A DNA stretch of 62,005 nucleotides, filler included, from Jimgerdemannia flammicorona (Eukaryota), in NCBI GenBank assembly GCA_003990765.1. It is 2 parts of 2 records of this genome, joined end to end, with 100 filler letters (N's around TTAATTAATTAA, not from the genome) between each part and the next. Parts side by side here need not be neighbours in the genome. Positions count along the whole stretch, not along the records: positions 1 to 30,958 come from RBNJ01000416.1; 1 more part is not named here. One strand, given 5' to 3'. A model generated the notes under the pieces. The model did not search any database. It saw nothing but the letters and a program-made list of their open reading frames with translations, and was not told the DNA's origin. Of the stretch, positions 1-13,064 are shown piece by piece (the stretch's first letter is position 1; the number at the start of each line of letters is the position of its first letter). The position numbers were made by a program, and so were the translations under genes.

Positions 1-35
1 AAAAAAAAAAACAAAAAAAGTCAATAGATTTAATA

Positions 36-1079
36 GTGACTGCTAATAAGGAAATATGGGGCAAGGCTCTAGGTGAAAGTGAGTGGGATATACTTAGAAA
101 TGTTGTTAGAGTTTTGGAAGTAATTGGTAATTGCTCTGGCTCTATACTTGTTTTGTCTGCCTTCACACAATACAATACCTCACTACATATAACTGCCAGT
201 GTTTTGATAATTGTATGAAGGATATAGTCAAACAAACAACCCTGACAATAAGCTCTACAATACCAGTATACAACCTTCTGATTGACCAGCTAGAGAATAA
301 GCTTGAGAACAGGCTGGAGGGTTGTAGTGATTTATGATTAAGCCCAGATCAGAGAGATGCTGTAAAGATTTCTCTAAGTGAGCTCAGAAAATACTACTCT
401 AAAACAGATACTGCTGTATACTCAATTAGTATAGGTATGTCAGTATGTGGTCATTGTCTCTTCCAAAATAGAGAAACCCTTACAAAAACTCACTCTCTTT
501 TCTCTGAACAGTGCTGGACCCATGCTTAAAGCTATAATACTATAAAGATCAGGGCTGGGAGCAGCACTTCATTGAGAGAATCAAGTAGGCTGTAATTGAA
601 GTATACTGGAAAAACTATATACTACCACAAAGTTCCAGCTAAAGTCCAGACAAATATGCCAAGGGATCCCTCTTGTCCTATATTTACTTCAGCAGAAAGA
701 AGAAGAGGGAGCCATCAGTAGAAGAGCTGCCATCAATAGATAAACTTACCATTTATCTCACCAGCAACCATGTGATCCTGCTGAAGGGCACAGAGGTATT
801 CAACTGGTAGAAGATGGGTTGTCAGGCAGACATTGGGTCAATTTAATCCACTAATCTAACCACTGCTCTACCTATCAGGGCATGCAGCTGTATCAAACAG
901 ACTTCCCCAGTCTGTGTGATATGGCTTAGAACTACTTGGTGATTCCTGCCTCTAGTACTCCTATCAAGTGGATGTTCTCAGGTAGGGTAGACCTCATTGC
1001 TCCAAAGAGATATATACTAAATACTGAGACAATCCAGGTATATATATATCTGAAGTCTTGGTGGGGCTCAGGCTGCTAA
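36..1079 (+). pseudogene. hAT transposase C-terminal remnant including dimerization domain
   Basis: Manual translation gives LSELRKYYSKT, VLDPCLK and DFPSLCDMA*NYLVIPASSTPIKWMFSGRVDLIAPKRYILNTETIQVYIYLKSW. The last matches the hAT dimerization consensus FPxLxxMAxDYLxIPASSxxxERxFS...CLKSW. Multiple stops. Confidence 0.8.
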
Positions 1080-1230
1080 AATTTGGTAGGTCCTGGGGGT
1101 TCACAGATAAGTTGGTTGGCCTTGGGGAATATTTAATATCTTTTAAAAATAAAAGAAAAAAAAAACCTAAGGACTCAGTCTGGAGTTTGTGACCCAAGTA
1201 GAGCAGTGGTCAGTGGGGTTGGTGGTGGTA

Positions 1231-1775
1231 GAGGGAGCACACAAAATTTGTAGTCCTCTGCCAGTAGCAAGGGGCAGCCCCAAGCTATTAGTGCTCAGGT
1301 TGGTGGGTAGGTCAGTAGGTATAGGGTCAGCAGAGAGAGCATGTAAAATTTGTGGCCCTCTGTCAGCAGTAAGAGGCAGCCCCAAGCTGTAAGTGTCCAG
1401 GATGGGGGAGTTGGCAGAGCAGGGGGGTAGGTGGAGGGAGCACCCAAAATTTGTAACCCTCTACCAGCAGCAAGGGGCAGCCCCAAGCTATCAGTATCCA
1501 GGTCAGTGGGCAGGATTGGTTGGCAGAGTCAGTGGGCACAGGGTTGGCAGAGGGAGCATGCAAAATTTGCAGTCTTCTGCTAGTAGCAAGGGGTAGCCCT
1601 AAGCTATAAGTGTCTGGAACAGGCGAGACAGGTAGAGGAAGTATGCAAAATTTGTGGCACCAGCAGCATAGAGCTTCCCCCAGCAGCCTGTGTCTGGGCC
1701 AAGGGTCAGCAGAGTTGGCAGAGGGAGCATGCAAAAATTGCAGCCCTCCACCAGCAATATAGAGGCAGTTCCAAT
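1231..1775. repeat. Six degenerate ~57-bp subterminal repeats (GAGGGAGCAnnCAAAATTTG...GGGGCAGCCCCAAGCT) with variable linkers
   Basis: Copies begin near 1231, 1334, 1434, 1550, 1634 and 1721. Confidence 0.8.
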
Positions 1776-1800
1776 CCACCAAGGAGTCCAAGTCTGGGTC

Positions 1801-1900
1801 AGAGAGTGCTTCTGGTAGTTAGAGGGTGCTTCTGGCAGTCAGAGGGTGTTTCTAGTAGTTGGAGGGTATTTTCAGCAGTCAGAGGGTACTTCTGGTGGTC
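1801..1900. repeat. 20-bp tandem repeat x5 (AGAGGGTGCTTCTGGCAGTC-like)
   Basis: Five consecutive 20-bp units read directly. Confidence 0.85.
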
Positions 1901-2077
1901 AAAGTCTACCACAGATTCAGGTCCTGTCACCAGTTTGGGTCCCATGGGCACTCTGGCCCTATGCCACAGTGCCACACTGGTAGCACTATAGAGCAGGGCC
2001 AAGGGGCTGGTAGGGCTAAACTAGTGCTATAGAAGAGATGTCTGGCTATTAGCCCAATCTATACAAAATGACTGCTG

Positions 2078-2195
2078 AACCCTAATGAAAGATTATCTAA
2101 CCCTTATAAAAGATTATCTAACCCTCACAAAAGATTATTTAACCCTTATGAAAGATTGCCTAACTCTCATAAAAGATTGCCTAACCCTCACAAAA
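2078..2195. repeat. 21-bp tandem repeat x5-6 (AACCCTnAnnAAAGATTnnCT)
   Basis: Consecutive 21-bp units read directly. Confidence 0.8.
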
Positions 2196-3447
2196 ACTGC
2201 TCCACCCACTAGTCCCAGGCCTTAATGAGTCTGTTATCTATTGTGAGTGTAATGACTATTGTATCTAAGCTCTCCTCAAAGGTGACAGTACCATAGTAGT
2301 TATGTGGTTAGAATAGAATGGCTGTGTTGGCCACAAATAGGACTCTGAAATCATAGATAAGATTATACCAGACTCTACTGCTATCCTCCCAGGTTGGGCC
2401 CTTCCTTTCTAGGATATAGAATATTACTGGAGTGACATTGTTGTCTGTATGTATGGGTAGAGAAATGTTGTGCCTGATATATCCTGATGTGACATGAGTG
2501 TATGATTGGGTGAACCCTTGGCTCAGGACCTCATACTGTCAGACTGTGCTGGTGAATACCTACCCTTGGTCCAGCCCCAGGAGCCCCAGCTTGAAAATCT
2601 AATAAAATGGATGGCATCTGATCAGTTCTTTTTGTGTACAGGGGGTAGAAACCCCCTGGACTGCAGAAACCCTCTGGGCTGCAGCACCCAAAAAAAGTAA
2701 AGCTTCTTACCTCATATTACATACTAAATTGTGCCAAGAATATATATATAGCTATGCCAAGATCACCACTAAGCTGGCCTGCCATATATTCTACTAATCT
2801 GCTCAAAGAACCCCAGATCATAGCTGCCATCACCACATAGGTTGTATTGTGCTTGTGTGCAGTTTGCTCTTCAATAGTACTTCTAAAGTTCCAGTAGGGG
2901 TACAGAATCTTGTGCATCCCTGGAATTGTATCAAAAAGAGTATATCAGTAAAGAGTATGATTATCTGGAGAGGAGTAAAAAAAAAAAAGATGAGTGCAGA
3001 AGATTTCGGAACTCCAGAACCCAGTGTTACAGTATATCCAATTTCTGTCCAAACCCCCCCTCCTTGCTTTTTTCACCCCCTCTTTTCTGCTGCCTAGTAT
3101 TTGATGCAATTCTCACAAACCTTGTTGATGTGGCAGTGAAGCTTGTCACCATAGAGATTCCTTATCACTATTGTAACTACCTCTCTGCATTCGTTAATAA
3201 TGATATAGTTCTCTTCATCATTGGTTACTTCTACTGGCCAATGGACCTCTTGGTTGAGAATGATTGGCTCTGATTTGAATATAGACCTCCAAGCCTTGAT
3301 TATGATGTTGATACTGCTCATGCTGAACATCTTGCCCTTAAATTTCTCTATTTGATCAGATACCAGATGTGGTTAAACTCAGGTAACTTTGAACTCTCCT
3401 TTCCAATAGAACTGAGCCCTGATCTGAGGGGCTGAGATAAGTATGTG

Positions 3448-3552
3448 GATGGGTTGCATGCAGATGAGTTGTGTGTAGACAGATTGTATACAGATGGGTT
3501 GCATGCAGATGAGTTGCATACAGATGGGTTGCATGCAAATAGATTGTATATG
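3448..3552. repeat. 15-bp tandem repeat x7 (GATGGGTTGCATGCA-like)
   Basis: Consecutive units; they produce the ACNPS repeats in ORF 3348..3584. Confidence 0.75.
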
Positions 3553-4449
3553 GGTATCATGTGGGTGTTTTTAGGAGAGACCATATAAAAAAAATGAAGT
3601 TAAATAAAACACAGAGATGGGTATTTCAGAAAAAGAGTATAAGTGAGTGAGTTGCATATAATGAGTTACATGAGTTATATAAGATTGCTCATGAAGGCTT
3701 ACTTCTATTCCTTTTGAGACTTCTACCATGTGATACATTGACTCAATAGCTTAGCTACCAAAGGCATGCCCTACAATGTCTGTCAGCCTTTCTTCATCTT
3801 GACCAGATATTGTGAATAAAGTCAGCAGATCTCACCATAGAGCTGTAGATCCTAAGAAAAAGTACAAGGTAAATTGGGTCATACTGGGGGAAATTAAAAA
3901 AAGTAAAATATAAGTAAATAAGTGGCAGCAGAATAAGCAACCTATATCTACTATTAGCTGCTCCAAAAAGGCCACCATATATATAGCTATAAGATCTGTG
4001 AATTCTGAGATCCAAAGGGCTGCCATGAGTTGTTACCAGAATTTTCCCTCATCTCTACCATTACTATCACCATTGTCACTGCTATTGCCATTGCCACTAC
4101 CATCACCACTGCCATCATCTCTTTGGCTCTCAATGAGCAGCTTGTGTGCTGCTCATATGAGAAAGAATCTAATATTGTTAGTAGAGAGTGTATTTCTACC
4201 TCAAATACTCCCTCTTTTGACAATTATTGCAGGGTAAAATAATCAGTAGACTGGACCAATATATGATTAAGAGCTGCTGTTTTGTTTGCTCATGATGTGG
4301 TAGAAAAGAAAAAGAACAAAGAAAAAGAACAAAGAAAGAACAAAAGAAGAGAGGGAATAAAAAAAAGAATGATATTACCAAAGTGTGACAGAAAAAAAAA
4401 AAACAGAGCAAAAAATGAACAAAAGAAAGGGTGATGTCACTAAAGATTT

Positions 4450-4576
4450 CATGTGATCAATTCAGATAGATCAATCTGGATCAGATCATGAGACTAATCC
4501 AAGTTGATTTGAATCTATCACATGAAAAATCTGAATTGAATCTCATCCAGATCAATTCTATCCATTCAAAGCACTA
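4450..4576 (-). mobile_element. hAT-family terminus (decayed copy of the terminus at 61865-62005)
   Basis: The reverse complement TAGTGCTTTGAATGGATAGAATTGATCTGGATGAGATTCAATTCAG... aligns over ~110 bp with 61865 TAGTGCTCCGAACGAATGGAGTTGATCTGGATGAGATTCGATTCAG.... Confidence 0.85.
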
Positions 4577-4799
4577 CTGGGAGGTTTTGCAATTGTTCTC
4601 CAATTATATAATGGGCCTAAAGTTGATGGACCTGTAGCAATCATCTGGTCAGGATAAGCTCTTGATAAATCTGAATTCTTTGGAGAGTATTTCTATTGAC
4701 TTCTCAGAATTGGGGTAGGGGAACTGGCAGTAATTAAAATGAGCTAAGGATAAGAGTCTGAAGACAGTTGTCAATTCTCTGATTTATGGTGTGGGAAAA

Positions 4800-6525
4800 G
4801 ATATATCTTAAGGTGATTGATATATACTGGTGTTCTCAGGGTTCATCTATCTATACTTCTTAAATAGATGCTGGTTCCTCTGATGTTGTGCACAAGATAA
4901 AGTCCTTCCCACTTAGGCTCCAATTTGGTGACAAAGTTTGTTTCAATTATGCTTCTCCAGACTAGCACTTGATCTCCAATCTTGATCTTCTAATTTTTCT
5001 ATTTCTGGTCATAGTACTTCTTTTGTCTTTCTTGGGCTTTAGTAATCTGAACTCAGACTTGATTACATAATTACTCTGCCTTCTTGAGGAGATCTCCAAG
5101 ATTCTCAGAATCAGTAGTTCTGGTTTTCTTGACAAATATCATTTCAAATGGCTTTTGTTTGGTGGAGGCAGTAGGGGTATTCCAAATTTCCCATAGGATC
5201 TCAGGTAAGCAGAGGTCCCAATTAGTAGGATTGACTCAGGCAAGTTCTTTCTTGATAGTCTGGTTCATTTTTTCTATCATGCCATTGGTCTGGAAGTTGT
5301 ATGATGTAGTTCATTTGAGGTAGATCTTGTGAATTTAGGCATAACTTATGATTATGTTATTGATGAATTCTGTGCCTCAGTCAGAGATGAGTTCTTCTGG
5401 GGGTCCATATCTGAGTGTGAGTCCATGGAAAAGACCTACAATAGTCAAGACATCTGTGATTTTCATTGGGAAAGCCTCAGACCACTTGGTCAGATGTTCT
5501 ACAAATATAAGGATATATTTGTTTCTTAGTATAACTGGTAGGGGTCTGATTACATCTACTCTCCATCTCTGAAAGATGTTGTCTGATGGTATAATTGGTT
5601 GTAGTGGTGCTTAGTAGTTCTTTCTTTCTTAGTACTTCTGGCAGGTGTTACATTTTTTGAGTATGTCCTGGACTTATATTCTGAGGTTGGGCCAATATTG
5701 GTATATTGTTTGTAACTTCTCTTTTATATTTACCTGTCCTTAGTGAGCTTTCTGATATTCTTTTTGGATGAGATCTTCTTATGTCTTGATGGTCTGAGGA
5801 GCTTCCTTTAGAGTGTAGTTCCTCAGGACACCCTTCTCCTGATTTATTGAGACTGGTAGGAAAGTACATCAATATTGTTGTAAGCTTTCCCTGCTTTGTG
5901 GATGATGGTAATTTTGTAATTCTGAAGGATAAGAATCTAGCAGGCTAGGATTCTGGTAGGTTTCTTGCAGTTGAATAGTCATTTGAGGGCTACATAGTCT
6001 GTGATCAGAGTGGATCTTTTTCCAATGAGGTAATGCTTAAACAGAGTGACCACCCATATGACTGCAAGGTATTCTAGTTTAGTGCTACCATAGTTTATCT
6101 GCTGCTGATTGATAGCTTGGCTTATATAAGCTATTATATAGTGTTATTGGTCAGGTTCTTCTTAAGATAGAACTGCTCCTAGGCCATCTTTAGAAGTATC
6201 TGTGTATAAGATGAATAGCTTCTATAGATTGGAGTACACAAGGATTGGTACTGTGGTCATGCAATTCTTAAGTTCTTTGAAGACTTTCTCTTGTGATTCT
6301 GTCTATTTGTAGGGTACTCCTTTCTTGAGAAGGACTCAGATTGGGGCAGCAATCTGGACAAAGTCTTTGATAAATCTTCTATAGTAGGATACTAGCATCA
6401 GAAAAGATAGTGTTTCCTTCAGAGTCTTAAGTACTGGCCAATTGTTGATCTTCTCAGTTTTATTTAAGTCTGTATGGATTTCTTCTTTTGAAACTATGAA
6501 TCTAAGGAATTCATGCTATTTCATT
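4800..6525 (-). mobile_element. Ty3/gypsy pol fragment (RT C-terminus, RNase H, integrase), decayed
   Basis: Minus-strand translation gives SYYRRFIKDFVQIAAPI, LYTDTSKDGLGAVLS, NYGSTKLEYLAVIW and IGDQVLVW...KLEPKWEG. The integrase tail resembles that of the element at 50043-58252. Confidence 0.9.
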
Positions 6526-9500
6526 ACTAATCATTATACTATGTTCTCTTTAAAGGTTGGTCCACCACTATTTGTGGTGAAAAGAAGAGAACATGTAGCC
6601 AAAATATCTTACCAAAGCATCATTTATGGTGGAGAAGAGTGTGATAACACTAGTGTGTGCCCTTGAACTAAGGATTATATATGTCATTTATATTTTATAT
6701 ATAGTAGTAGTACATGATCATTCATGGTTACTGTAATGATCCATTTCATATGTGTTAGTATAGGTACTATATCTCTAGCTATTCACAAATACCAGAGAGT
6801 GTACTAATGGTGAAATGTACAAATAATTGTTATGCAATTATAGTGTGACTCATGCACTTCGCTATTGATGTTTTTGGCAAGTTTGGTATATTGTGAATAT
6901 ATGACCAATGGAAAATCGGTAGATTTATTTCTAATTTATCTATAAACTAAATGATTTTATATACTAAAGGTTTCAACTAACTAACTCTGCTACTGGTTAC
7001 ATTGCTGGTCTTGGTTGCTTTAAAGCCAACTAATGAGCCCCTTAAGCAAGGGTGAAACTATTTTTATATGTTCAGAGTAAAAAGGCCACCAGCTAATAGA
7101 GAATGATCAATTTAAACCTCACTCATAATCACTTTTGAGAAAGGGTTTTGTATTCTCAGATTAGTATTAAAATATACTTATGTTTGCCAAGGTGTTTCTT
7201 GTCAATGACAGTTATTAAAAACATTACAATTTTCAATTTAATTCATTTTATTTCTGAAAATAAATCAGTTCAAAGGATGAACTTTATGTGACCACACTCT
7301 ATAAAATCAGTTTGCATACCTGACTGAAGCTATTGTAGGTAAGAGTTCATAATTTCATTCTAGGGTCAGCAACAGTGTTCAAAACTTCATTATAGCATAC
7401 TCATATTAGTCAATATAGCTCATTACTCCAATAAATTATTGAGTAATGACAATGATGGTATATTCTCCCCCCCAATCTACCATACTCTTAAGAGACCACA
7501 TAATACTCATCTCATTATATTTCCATCTCTATTCTCATCCCTGCTCCCTCCATCCTTTCTTCTGAATTGGTGCTTCTCACAAAAGTCAACCTTCTCAGCA
7601 TTCTCACTCCAGGCCTGATTCAGATCACTATAGCAGATCTCCTCATAATGATCTAGAGATAAGTGACCAGTGATTATGAGGAAAGAAGAAGAAGTAGTAG
7701 TGAAGAGAGATAGCAGGTGCTATCTGTATAAATATTCCAGATGTGAGAAGAGATTTATATCATTAAAAATGTTCATTTTATACAGTTATATTGAAGAGCT
7801 GGGGGTATTTTTTTTTTTTTTTTTTTTTTAGAGAGTAGTTTATAGTATTTAATACTTCATAATAAAAATATATATTGTAACAAACCAAAACATACCACCC
7901 GAATTATAACTTAGCCAGATAATATGAATATATAACATAGCAATCAGATATAGCAACTATTGCTGTGTAAAACTATATAAATAGCCAGACTATCAGATAA
8001 GGTATATCTATGCAGGACCTGCACATCTGTGCTAGACCTACACACCTGTGCTAGATCTGCACACCTGTGCTAGACCTATATACCTATGCCAAACCTATAC
8101 ACCTGCTATAGATAGCAATCTATAATTAGCAATATAGTAATCAGATAGCAACTACAATATATAAAATACTCCAGAGACAAGAGTGAATAAACCTCAGTCT
8201 GAAATACAAATACTAAAGAAGTCTCTAAAGATTGAGCATTGGTCCCCTTTCTACTTCAGTCTACTTTCTGATATAAAGTCTTGATTTGCTTGCTAGATAA
8301 GTCTGAAGATTTACCACCAAGTTTAAGAAAGAACTTTGCTGCCTTTTGAAGAGAAATCCACCACTTAAGGAATAAGCTGATATGTTTTGGTTTGCTTGCC
8401 AGATAAGTCTGAAGAGTCTGAGTTACCCATATTCTCAGAGAACTCTTAAGGAACCTTGCCACAAGTCAGTCTCTTGATGTAACTTTGCAGTAATATATTC
8501 ATACAAATAAAGCCAGTCTTTGATATAACTTGCCAAGAATCTGAGTATTATTTCCAGAGAGTCTGCCAATTCAGAAAGAATTTGCAACATCCAAGTTATC
8601 TGAGTTACCTAAGTTATCCACAATATCTGAGTTATCTATGCTATCTAAGTTATTAGTTTGTTCTCAGTGAGCCCAATTCAGAGAACCTGCTACTAGTACA
8701 ATTCCCAGTGAGCTGATTTAGAAGAATCTGTGACATTCAAGAAGTCTGCTGATTTAGGAAAATCTATGCCAAATTGAGAAGAAGTCTACCAAGATTGTCA
8801 TACCAGAAATCACATACTTTTGAAGATTGCTATGCCATATACACAAATTGCCACTACCTCCAGAAAACTGTCCCAATAAAGAAATTGACATACAAATCAC
8901 TTGTAGATATCCAGTTTTGACTATTATACTACTAAATATCAAGAATATTTTATTGCTTTTAACAAAGTAACTGGGGACTCAAGCCAAACTACATCTATCT
9001 CCAACCTTGTAATTTGCCTCTATTGAGCCAGACATGTTACATTTGGAGACTCAACTGAGAAGATTTCAAAATTGATATGACTTTTCAGCTTACAAAAACC
9101 CACAGTCAAACTGAATACATTTGATATAACACCAATCTCTGCTACCATAGAAGAACCAATTATCACCAGTATTTGGACAGAAAGAGAAGTAATAACTTCA
9201 AGACTTGCCAACTATGCAGTATCAGAAGAATCCCAACCAGAAATCAGTATAGCTCAAAATCCTCAACCAGATCAACTAGACAATACAGACAGTCCTGTTA
9301 GAGACTTTAGAGAACTTATCTAAGAACTAGAAGATCTTATTATATAAGCTCAAAATTATGCAGCCAGATACTCCACAGCAGTCCCACCAATCTCACTCAT
9401 TGAACCTTTACCACCAACTCTTGCAGAACTAGAAGTAGCTCCTTCAAGAATACCCAGGCTCATCCCACTTTATCCAAGGTCCAGAACACCATCCTCAAGA

Positions 9501-11859
9501 TACCCAAGCACTCCTATCTCTAGTGATAGTTCAGAAAGCAAATCAGAGTCAGAATCCAAATCAGAATCCAAATCAGAATCCAGACCAGAACCAGAATTAG
9601 AAGAAAGTGAGATGAAATAGCCACCTCATTGCCAACCTTTGCAGGATATCCAGAGGAAGACCCTAGAGAATTCCTTGATGGAATTGAAGGAATTACAGCC
9701 CTGAGAAATCTCTCTAATGAAATAAAAATCATCATCTATAAGGCCCAGCTCAGAGAACCAGCCAGTGGAATTTTTTACTGAACAACAAATGACCCCCACT
9801 CAGAACTAGTAGGACAAATATAAGCAGCAGTATTCTATGAGCTGGAGTATGAAGCCATGGTCCACTGGCTCATCAAAAAATATGCAGGAAATGAAACCCA
9901 CCATAAGGCCCAAGAATCCATCATAGGGATGAAGATGAATCTTGGAGAATTACCCAGAGCCTTCTTTACAAGAATCCAGAAGAGAATGTATATAGCTAGG
10001 TTCAATGCTATCAACTAAGATAATATAGGTCCAATGACTTTCATAAATGGAATTCCCCTGAACATTGCTCAGCATGTCTGTACCCTAGGCATCAGAAGGT
10101 CCAAAGAGCAAATAGATGCAGCCTAAGGATTCTTTAATGTCAGACAAGGAACTACCTGGAGTGACCATGATAAGAAGAAGGATAAAGAAGACATTCTGGT
10201 CAAAGCTCTACAAAGACTCCTTTAAGGACAAAAAAGGTCTGAAGAAAGAAGACCAGCTAAAGAAGGAAAGAAGGACAAGAGTGAAATCCAAGACCTCAGC
10301 TCCAAGTTAGACTGATTGATTGGACAGATGAAAAACTTACCATATGTAAAAATCAGAGTTATCAAGATAACAGAGGATACTCTCTATAAAGGAACTAAGG
10401 TTATCCACTCAGAGATAACAGGAGCTATCAGTAAGAAGAAAGAAGATACTCTGTTCAAGACAGAGCCAAAGTCCAATGCTTCTACTGTAGACAATTCAGA
10501 CACTATACTACTGAATGTGATAACAAAAGAAGTGACCAAAGGGTCAGAACTACCAAATCAAAGGAACAAAACCCAGTACAAGAAGACTGAAGCCCATCCT
10601 ATTGAAGACTTTGAAGAAGAAAGCAACAGTAAAGACTACAGTAACCTGGACTGTATCTAGCCAAAGTTACTATTCAGAAAACAGCTTACTCAGTAGAAAA
10701 AAGGAAGAGACCTATATATAGAAAGGTCATCCAGGAATATCAGCAGAAGAATTATCCAAGAAGAAGACAAAGAACATGAAGAGGAGTAAGTAGAAACATC
10801 TTCCTGAACTCCCTCATCTTTTATCTCTAAGACAAATGAGTTACCACCAGAGGATGAAGAAATGAAACAAGAAGAACAGGAGCCTGCTGCTCTAAAGCCT
10901 AAGAAGAAGTACACCCTGAAGACTATGCCCAGAGACATCTACAATGAAGTCTGGCAGAAGATTCAAGAAGCCAAGATAGAGGTTCCCCTTCTGCAGTTTC
11001 TGTAACTGATACTAGCTGGAGTCTGAAACAAATTGCTGAGAACTACTAGATCCAGCACTGGCCAAGTTCTAATCCCACAATAAGAGCTAGCTTCCATACC
11101 TATCTAAGCTATAGAAAGATATGTCAGCACCTACATATATGGAGATATTGGAGGACAAAAGACAAAAATCCTCATAAATATAGAAATAGCTGTCTATTAT
11201 TACCAAATGATTCCTTGATCCCTCCAATGGCCCATTGATGGACCATCCAATCTCAGCATTATAGTGGCAGATGGAGCTCGAACTTAACCTCTTGAAGAAG
11301 TACAAAACATCACTATCTCTCTTGGACACATTCAGTTCTCCATCCCAAAAGCTATTGTCACCAAAGCTATCACCTATGATATGATCCTTGGCATTAACTT
11401 ATTGATATCAGTCAATAAGTACTCAAGTTTGACTACTGAGGCAAGAAGTATAGAGTTAAGGTGACTAGCTATAAGTAATCAAAGAAGAAGAAGAAGGTCA
11501 CTATCTCAGAAGAATATACCAGCAGTGAAGAATCTACCACAGAAGAGAAGGAAGAATCTGAAGATGGGAATGATCCCAGACTCAACCCCCAGATCAACCT
11601 AGTAGATGACAGGCCAGAAGACAATGTATGGGTCAAGAACACTGTCCCCATTACCATTGGAGCCATTGCAGGAGAAATAAAAGAATACTCTATCTGCCTC
11701 AAGAGATACAAGTGCTCTGAGCACTCCTCTAAGATCATTGGGACAAGGAATTCGCCTGGCACAGCCTGTCCTGATTGCAGAATGAAGAAGAAGAAATGCA
11801 GACATGTTCCAGAAATATCTGTAGCCAAAGCTGCAGAAGTACAAGCAATTTGGGATCAA

Positions 11860-13030
11860 CGCTCCTTTCTCTGCTACCTTACCAGTCACAAGGTTTGGTA
11901 GGCGACCTTCTGAGTCCCCTTTTCCCTACTATTACCCCCTCTACCTCAGGTTGGTTTGCTGTGCCTGCAGGGGCATGGTGGGAGGAGGGCAATGGTGATG
12001 AGTTGCCCCTTTATCGGTGTTGGATCAGTGCTTCCTCCACTTTTTTGCGGATTCTGGTGCCTTCAGCTGCATCTGGGGTGTACCCATTTTGGTGCGGCAC
12101 CTTCTTCCTTTTGCCATTGCCAACAAGAAGTTGTCTCGGTGTGTCTTGGGCTATGTAGGAAGTTGGCTGACCTTGGGCATCAAGTGCTCAGTGTAGGTTA
12201 CCTGCAGGTCCTCGGTGCCTGTAGTGGGGCCCTCTGGCTTTGGTGAGCTTCCCGGCAAGCACGGTTCTGGCATAGGTGACTGTTTTTCGGGTGTTGTTGG
12301 GATGGGAGGGGAGATGGCCATCACAGATAGGAGGAAGGGCAATAACGGTAGACCAGTAGGGTGCCAGGCTGGGGGCGGTCATCGGGGCTGGTGCAGGTGC
12401 TGCTTCGGTGGGGCCTTTTGATTGGTATGGTGTGGTTAGGTGGTAGATGTCACTATCGGCTTCTTTTGGCGGTCAGCAGGGTTGGGCCCCAGTCGTCAGG
12501 GGGGGTCGGGAGGCCCGAGGCTACCCATTTCAGGCGTCTTGGCTACACTCAACTGGAACTGGGAGCTGACATGGCAATGTGATCGAGGCCTGTAGGCTTG
12601 AGTAGTGGGGTATTGGGGGTTTCCTCCCGCCTCATGTGTAAGTCCTTTACTCACCTCGACTGAGAGAACCAGGCCCTACCCACCATGTTGTACTTTGATG
12701 AGGGTTTTTTCTTTGCCTGTCATCCTCTTTGGGGTGGTAGGGGCTATTCTATTCGGCTCGGGCATGGCCTTGTACATACATATGTTGAGTTCTCAGGTAT
12801 GCGCTTTCGGTCATTGGCATATGGTTGGGTTTCCCCTGGTAGTAGAGAGAGCATGGTGCACAGAATGAGGTGCGGGCCTACATCAGCCCTGCTGCACCTG
12901 GCATGGTTGAGCTGCTGGACAATAGCTAGCCTAGGTTAATGGGGTGGCAGTGCTTGGTGGGTAGTGGGGGAGGGTTTTGGCCTATATAGTCTAGGTTCTC
13001 TTCCAATAAAAATCCGCAGGACATGAGTCC

Positions 13031-13060
<30 letters not shown>
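11860..13060 (+). mobile_element. Poly(A)-tailed retroposed insertion (non-LTR/TPRT product) with 17-bp TSD
   Basis: TSD AAGCAATTTGGGATCAA at 11843-11859 and 13061-13077. AATAAA near 13005 and poly(A) at 13035-13060. The host gypsy frame is continuous when the insert is removed (..EVQAIWDQ|ESSEEEE..). Confidence 0.92.

Positions 13061-13064
<4 letters not shown>

Larger units (their letters stand above)
1..1988 (+). mobile_element. Decayed hAT DNA transposon, right part (transposase C-terminus, subterminal repeats, right terminus)
   Basis: Contains hAT transposase motifs (next feature) and subterminal repeat arrays at 1231-1900. Ends in TAGCACTA at 1981-1988, the reverse complement of the TAGTGCT terminus shared with other hAT elements in the window. 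Confidence 0.65.

Noticed and set aside
1231..1775. Repeat-spacer array resembling CRISPR
   Set aside because: Repeats are long and degenerate, linkers share motifs, there are no cas genes and the context is eukaryotic. It lies between an hAT transposase and its terminus, so subterminal repeats are the simpler explanation.
2078..2195. Telomeric repeat (TAACCC)
   Set aside because: Only one hexamer per 21-bp unit, internal, with no pure tandem tract.
2480..2600. Possible ribozyme or structured RNA
   Set aside because: No complete hammerhead (CUGANGA/GAAA) or HDV-like pairing could be verified by eye.
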